This document shows positions 60,646-64,000 of a stretch of DNA of 64,000 nucleotides, piece after piece. Source of the stretch: an uncultured Dialister sp. (GTDB lineage Bacteria > Bacillota > Negativicutes > Veillonellales > Dialisteraceae); the NCBI GenBank assembly GCA_900547785.1, contig URIB01000003.1:33780-97779 (forward strand), read 5' to 3'. Position 1 is the first letter of the stretch; the number at the start of each line of letters is the position of its first letter. A program made the translations under genes and the position numbers. The notes under the pieces were generated by a model. It did no database searches and was not told where the DNA came from. It was given only the letters and a program-made list of their open reading frames with translations.

Positions 60646-61533
60646 TCATTTCGTAAGCATGGCTCTGTTCTTTATCAGCCGGGCAGATATACGCTGTCCT
60701 TCTTCCGTCATTGCCAAGCCGGCCCGGCTCGTTTCTCTAAGTGCCGACGGCAGCATTTTCCCAATCTTGTCCATCGCTTCAATCACATCATCCGGCGGAA
60801 TCACGGAGTGAATCCCCATCATAGCCATTTCCACCGCAACAAGGGCATGAACCGCATGAAACCCGTTTCTCTTGACGCAAGGTACTTCAACCAGTCCCGC
60901 TACCGGGTCACAAACAAGCCCCAAAAGATTCTTTAAGGCCAATGCCAACGCATCACCCATTTGACGTGTGGTACCGCCTAATAAATCCACTGTTGCCGCC
61001 GCAGCCATAGCGGTAGCCGTCCCGCATTCCGCCTGACATCCTCCGACAGCCCCAGCGATGGAAGCATTTTCAGCCACCACCCGGCCGACGGCACCTGCCG
61101 TAAATAATGCCCGCGTCACATCATTTAACGTAGAATTTTCTTCTTCCGCCGCCGCCGCCAGCACTGCCGGCAATATACCGCAGGAACCTGCTGTCGGGCA
61201 TGCCATGATGCGAAACATTTTGGCATTGGCTTCCGCCGTTGCCACCGCATAAGCACAAGCACGTCTGCAAACGGGACTCAAAAAACGTCCGTCTTGCATA
61301 AATAAAATATTGGCATCACCGCCTACCAATCCGCTGGAGGATTTTTTTGTATCTGCCAATCCTCTCTGAATGGCTTGCCGAAAAACAGGTATCGTTTTCT
61401 TCATCCGGTCCCATACATCGTCATAGGAAAGTCCACACTCTTCCGCTTCTACACGGCAGGCAATTTCACCGGGTGAGCACTGATTTTCATCAGCCAAGCT
61501 GAACAGTTCTTTGATAGAATGATATTTTTTCAT
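60646..61533 (-). CDS. sdaAA: L-serine dehydratase, Fe-S dependent, alpha subunit
   Basis: ACPTAGSCGILP, GGCQAECG, LGLVCDPVAGLVEVPCVKRN, LRETS. Confidence 0.95.
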   Translation of the reverse strand: MKKYHSIKELFSLADENQCSPGEIACRVEAEECGLSYDDVWDRMKKTIPVFRQAIQRGLADTKKSSSGLVGGDANILFMQDGRFLSPVCRRACAYAVATAEANAKMFRIMACPTAGSCGILPAVLAAAAEEENSTLNDVTRALFTAGAVGRVVAENASIAGAVGGCQAECGTATAMAAAATVDLLGGTTRQMGDALALALKNLLGLVCDPVAGLVEVPCVKRNGFHAVHALVAVEMAMMGIHSVIPPDDVIEAMDKIGKMLPSALRETSRAGLAMTEEGQRISARLIKNRAMLTK

Positions 61534-61543
61534 AGAAACCCTT

Positions 61544-62206
61544 TTAAATAACATCCAGTGTCAAAACACTGCTAATATTTTGATTTTTATTTTGTATTTT
61601 CTCAATCACCGCACCGGGAATTTTTTGATCCGTATGAATCACCATAACGGCTTCTCTTCCCTTTCCTTTACGAAATACCCTCATATGAGAAATATTAACC
61701 TTTTCTTCCGCTAAAACGGAAGCCACATCCGCTACGATGCCCGGTACGTCATTATGACGAGTCAGAAGGGTATATTCTTCACCCGTAATCTCTACAGGAT
61801 ATCCTCCGATACTTGTAATTTTAACCCGGCCGCCGCCTAATGATCGTCCTACAACCGTTATAGATTTCCCGGCTTTTCCTGTCGCAAAAATTTCCGCCAC
61901 ATTCGGATGTCCCATATCTTCCTCAGATACATTGAATCTTATGGAAATTCCTCTTTCCTCCGCAATCGTCAATGCATCGCGAATGGTTCCGCTGTCAGGT
62001 GCATAGCCCATAAGTCCGGCAACGAGCGCTTTGTCTGTCCCATGTCCATGTCCTGTTTTGGCAAATGAGCCATATAAAGTAATCGTTGCCGAAACAATCT
62101 CATCTCCGAGAATTTCCCGTACCATCCTGCCGATTCTTGCTGCTCCCGCTGTATGAGAGCTTGACGGTCCTATCATAACAGGTCCGATAATATCAAAAAT
62201 ACCCAT
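61544..62206 (-). CDS. sdaAB: L-serine dehydratase beta subunit
   Basis: FDIIGPVMIGPSSSHTAGA, GHGTDKAL, HPN, C-terminal ACT domain. Confidence 0.96.
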   Translation of the reverse strand: MGIFDIIGPVMIGPSSSHTAGAARIGRMVREILGDEIVSATITLYGSFAKTGHGHGTDKALVAGLMGYAPDSGTIRDALTIAEERGISIRFNVSEEDMGHPNVAEIFATGKAGKSITVVGRSLGGGRVKITSIGGYPVEITGEEYTLLTRHNDVPGIVADVASVLAEEKVNISHMRVFRKGKGREAVMVIHTDQKIPGAVIEKIQNKNQNISSVLTLDVI

Positions 62207-62325
62207 ATCTTTTCTCTCACTTTTTAACTAATAATTTCGATATTCTATATTTATTAAAGCATTTTGATAGCAATTCTTCAATAGAAATTGTCATCAAAAT
62301 GCTTTTACCACAATCTATACAATGA

Positions 62326-63675
62326 TTACATCCAGTGGGATAAATCAAATTCTTCTCCTATTTTAGCTTTGATACAGTTACGGGCTACATACATACCCAT
62401 CAACGTCAAGGAGGCTCTTCTAAGAAGACCAGTATCCCAAATCTGCTGCATATGAGCAAAATCCGGTGCAATTTTTTCTAAGATATGCGCCAATTCTTTT
62501 CGGTCATACTCCACCGGACGGGAATGAATTAATTTGTCCAGATATAAGCGATCCTCTTTATCTCTAATCCCCATATCTTCATAAAAATCATGCAGAAGGG
62601 CATCATCCACCGCCGCCGGTTTGTAATAGGAATTATACAGGCTTTGCACGAGAGCATTCTCCGGCCAGTTCTTTTTTACTGTCGTCATTTCGCTTCTCAT
62701 GCATCCTCTATAAGCAAAAATCAATGGATAAGAATCATACAGTACGCGGCCGAAAGGCGTTTCTTTATTATTTAAAGAAATACAATGGATGTATTCCAAT
62801 TGCTGATATCCGCTGTATTCATCCGGCAGCTCCGATAAAAACGGAGTTATATATTTCTTTGTATATTCTCTGAAAGCTTCTGCATTCACATTATCCGTAT
62901 TCCGTGAGTAATGGAAAAGCAGCAGCAAGGCTAAGGCGTTAAATTGATTTTCTTCCATGCCCGGCATTGCTTTCAATGCATCGTAAGCAAGAATCGTTTT
63001 GGTTTCTGACCGGTGTCCTCTCGCCACATCTCCGAAAGCCTCCGACACCATATGCAGTACCGTTTCATCAGGCATCATGACATATGTTCTCTGTGCATTT
63101 TGAAGAGCTTCCTGAACCATGATATGCATCAGTGTGTCGGCAGCTTCTTCCGCTTCCATTTCCAGCTTGTCCACGATATAGTGGGTAACTGTCCTTGTAT
63201 CCTGCTCGACTGTATGGGAAACCGCACCATACCGGTTCAAAAAGTGACGGATAAAGTATTCTTTCAACGTTTCCAATGTGACCGGATCTTTTAGTATTTC
63301 AGGCTTTTCCTCTAAAACAAAAACTTCTTTTTTTTGTTTCTTCTTATTCTCCGGTACTTCTCTCTCCCATTTCCCGGGGTGAATAATTCTTGTGGCTTCC
63401 TCATCCTCTGACGCTATTTCTGCTCTTTTATTTTTTCCTACCGGAATAATTTGTGTCGTGGCGCTGAAGTCCTGCTTCTTTGACTCCTCCACCGCCCGCT
63501 TTACAGCCTCCGCATCAATAATGGGTTTATGTATTCTTTTTCTCGGTGCGTGTACTTTCGACTTATTCATTTTCTTTTCCATCGTTCCGACGGCAAATCC
63601 GTAGACGAGAAAACGGCAAATCAATATAAATAAAAGTGCCACCACGATAAGAACTATATAGGGAATGATGATCAT
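62326..63675 (-). CDS. Membrane-anchored hypothetical protein, probably LPO_1073/Vpar_1526-like C-terminal domain
   Basis: N-terminal TM helix and charged linker. The C-terminal region (AQRTY...QFNALALLLL...YQQLEY...LTLMG...FDLSHWM) resembles that family from memory; not confirmed by search. Confidence 0.6.
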   Translation of the reverse strand: MIIIPYIVLIVVALLFILICRFLVYGFAVGTMEKKMNKSKVHAPRKRIHKPIIDAEAVKRAVEESKKQDFSATTQIIPVGKNKRAEIASEDEEATRIIHPGKWEREVPENKKKQKKEVFVLEEKPEILKDPVTLETLKEYFIRHFLNRYGAVSHTVEQDTRTVTHYIVDKLEMEAEEAADTLMHIMVQEALQNAQRTYVMMPDETVLHMVSEAFGDVARGHRSETKTILAYDALKAMPGMEENQFNALALLLLFHYSRNTDNVNAEAFREYTKKYITPFLSELPDEYSGYQQLEYIHCISLNNKETPFGRVLYDSYPLIFAYRGCMRSEMTTVKKNWPENALVQSLYNSYYKPAAVDDALLHDFYEDMGIRDKEDRLYLDKLIHSRPVEYDRKELAHILEKIAPDFAHMQQIWDTGLLRRASLTLMGMYVARNCIKAKIGEEFDLSHWM

Positions 63676-64000
63676 AAATACTCCTTATTGTAGAAACCGG
63701 GAATTATTTCCCTATTTCCTGATAAAACACTATTAAATAGTACCATATTCCGGCAGCCCCTTCAATGAAAATCCGTATTCTCTTTCTATCTGTTGCCGCC
63801 GGCAAGATATATGCTGCACTTTGAGAAATACTCCGATACAACCCGGTTAGGATTCTTGTAAATGAAAAACGAACCCCGCTATTTTATTATATCCGGCTTG
63901 ATGCTTTGCCGCTCTCCGTCATTTACAAATTCAGCGCCATTATCCTCTTGGAGCATTCAGTGGGAACTCTCATTTTCTCTCAAGTTCTTTCGGATGTCTC

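Noticed and set aside
1..64000. CRISPR arrays, IS elements, integrases, prophage or defence systems
   Set aside because: No regularly spaced repeats and no transposase, recombinase, phage or defence-like ORFs were seen. The long inverted repeats sit at gene ends and are explained as terminators.

Overview
A 64-kb stretch of core bacterial chromosome, mostly on the minus strand. It combines Firmicutes-type housekeeping genes with outer-membrane genes (LptD-like protein, secretin), which points to a diderm Negativicute, probably Dialister or a relative (inferred from gene content and protein style, not from a database search). Left to right it holds: sufC-sufB-sufD (sufD cut by the left edge), a DEAD-box helicase, rpsF-ssb-rpsR, an orphan citC, a short-chain chromate transporter pair, DUF853 ATPase/rhodanese/LarA, a HAD hydrolase, a MATE pump, a UgtP-like glycosyltransferase, hup, folPBK-mfd-yabM, an FMN-riboswitch-led ribD-ribE-ribBA-ribH operon, glmU-prs-pth-tmk, glmS-trpS, sppA, coaX, birA-bioY with a BirA operator, yraN-comM-dprA-topA-trmFO, an outer-membrane operon (two unknown genes, LptD-like, PilP-like, secretin, ABC-F), sdaAB-sdaAA and four tRNAs. 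I saw no CRISPR array, transposase, integrase or prophage. The most novel-looking signals are non-coding: (1) a self-contained ~145-nt transcript between DUF47 and folP with C-rich/anti-SD loops and a 9-codon ORF; (2) a 93-codon upstream ORF followed by a ~260-nt multi-hairpin leader and terminator in front of the MATE gene; (3) a ~360-nt hup leader closed by long-range helices. All RNA structures were read by eye and need folding and covariation checks.
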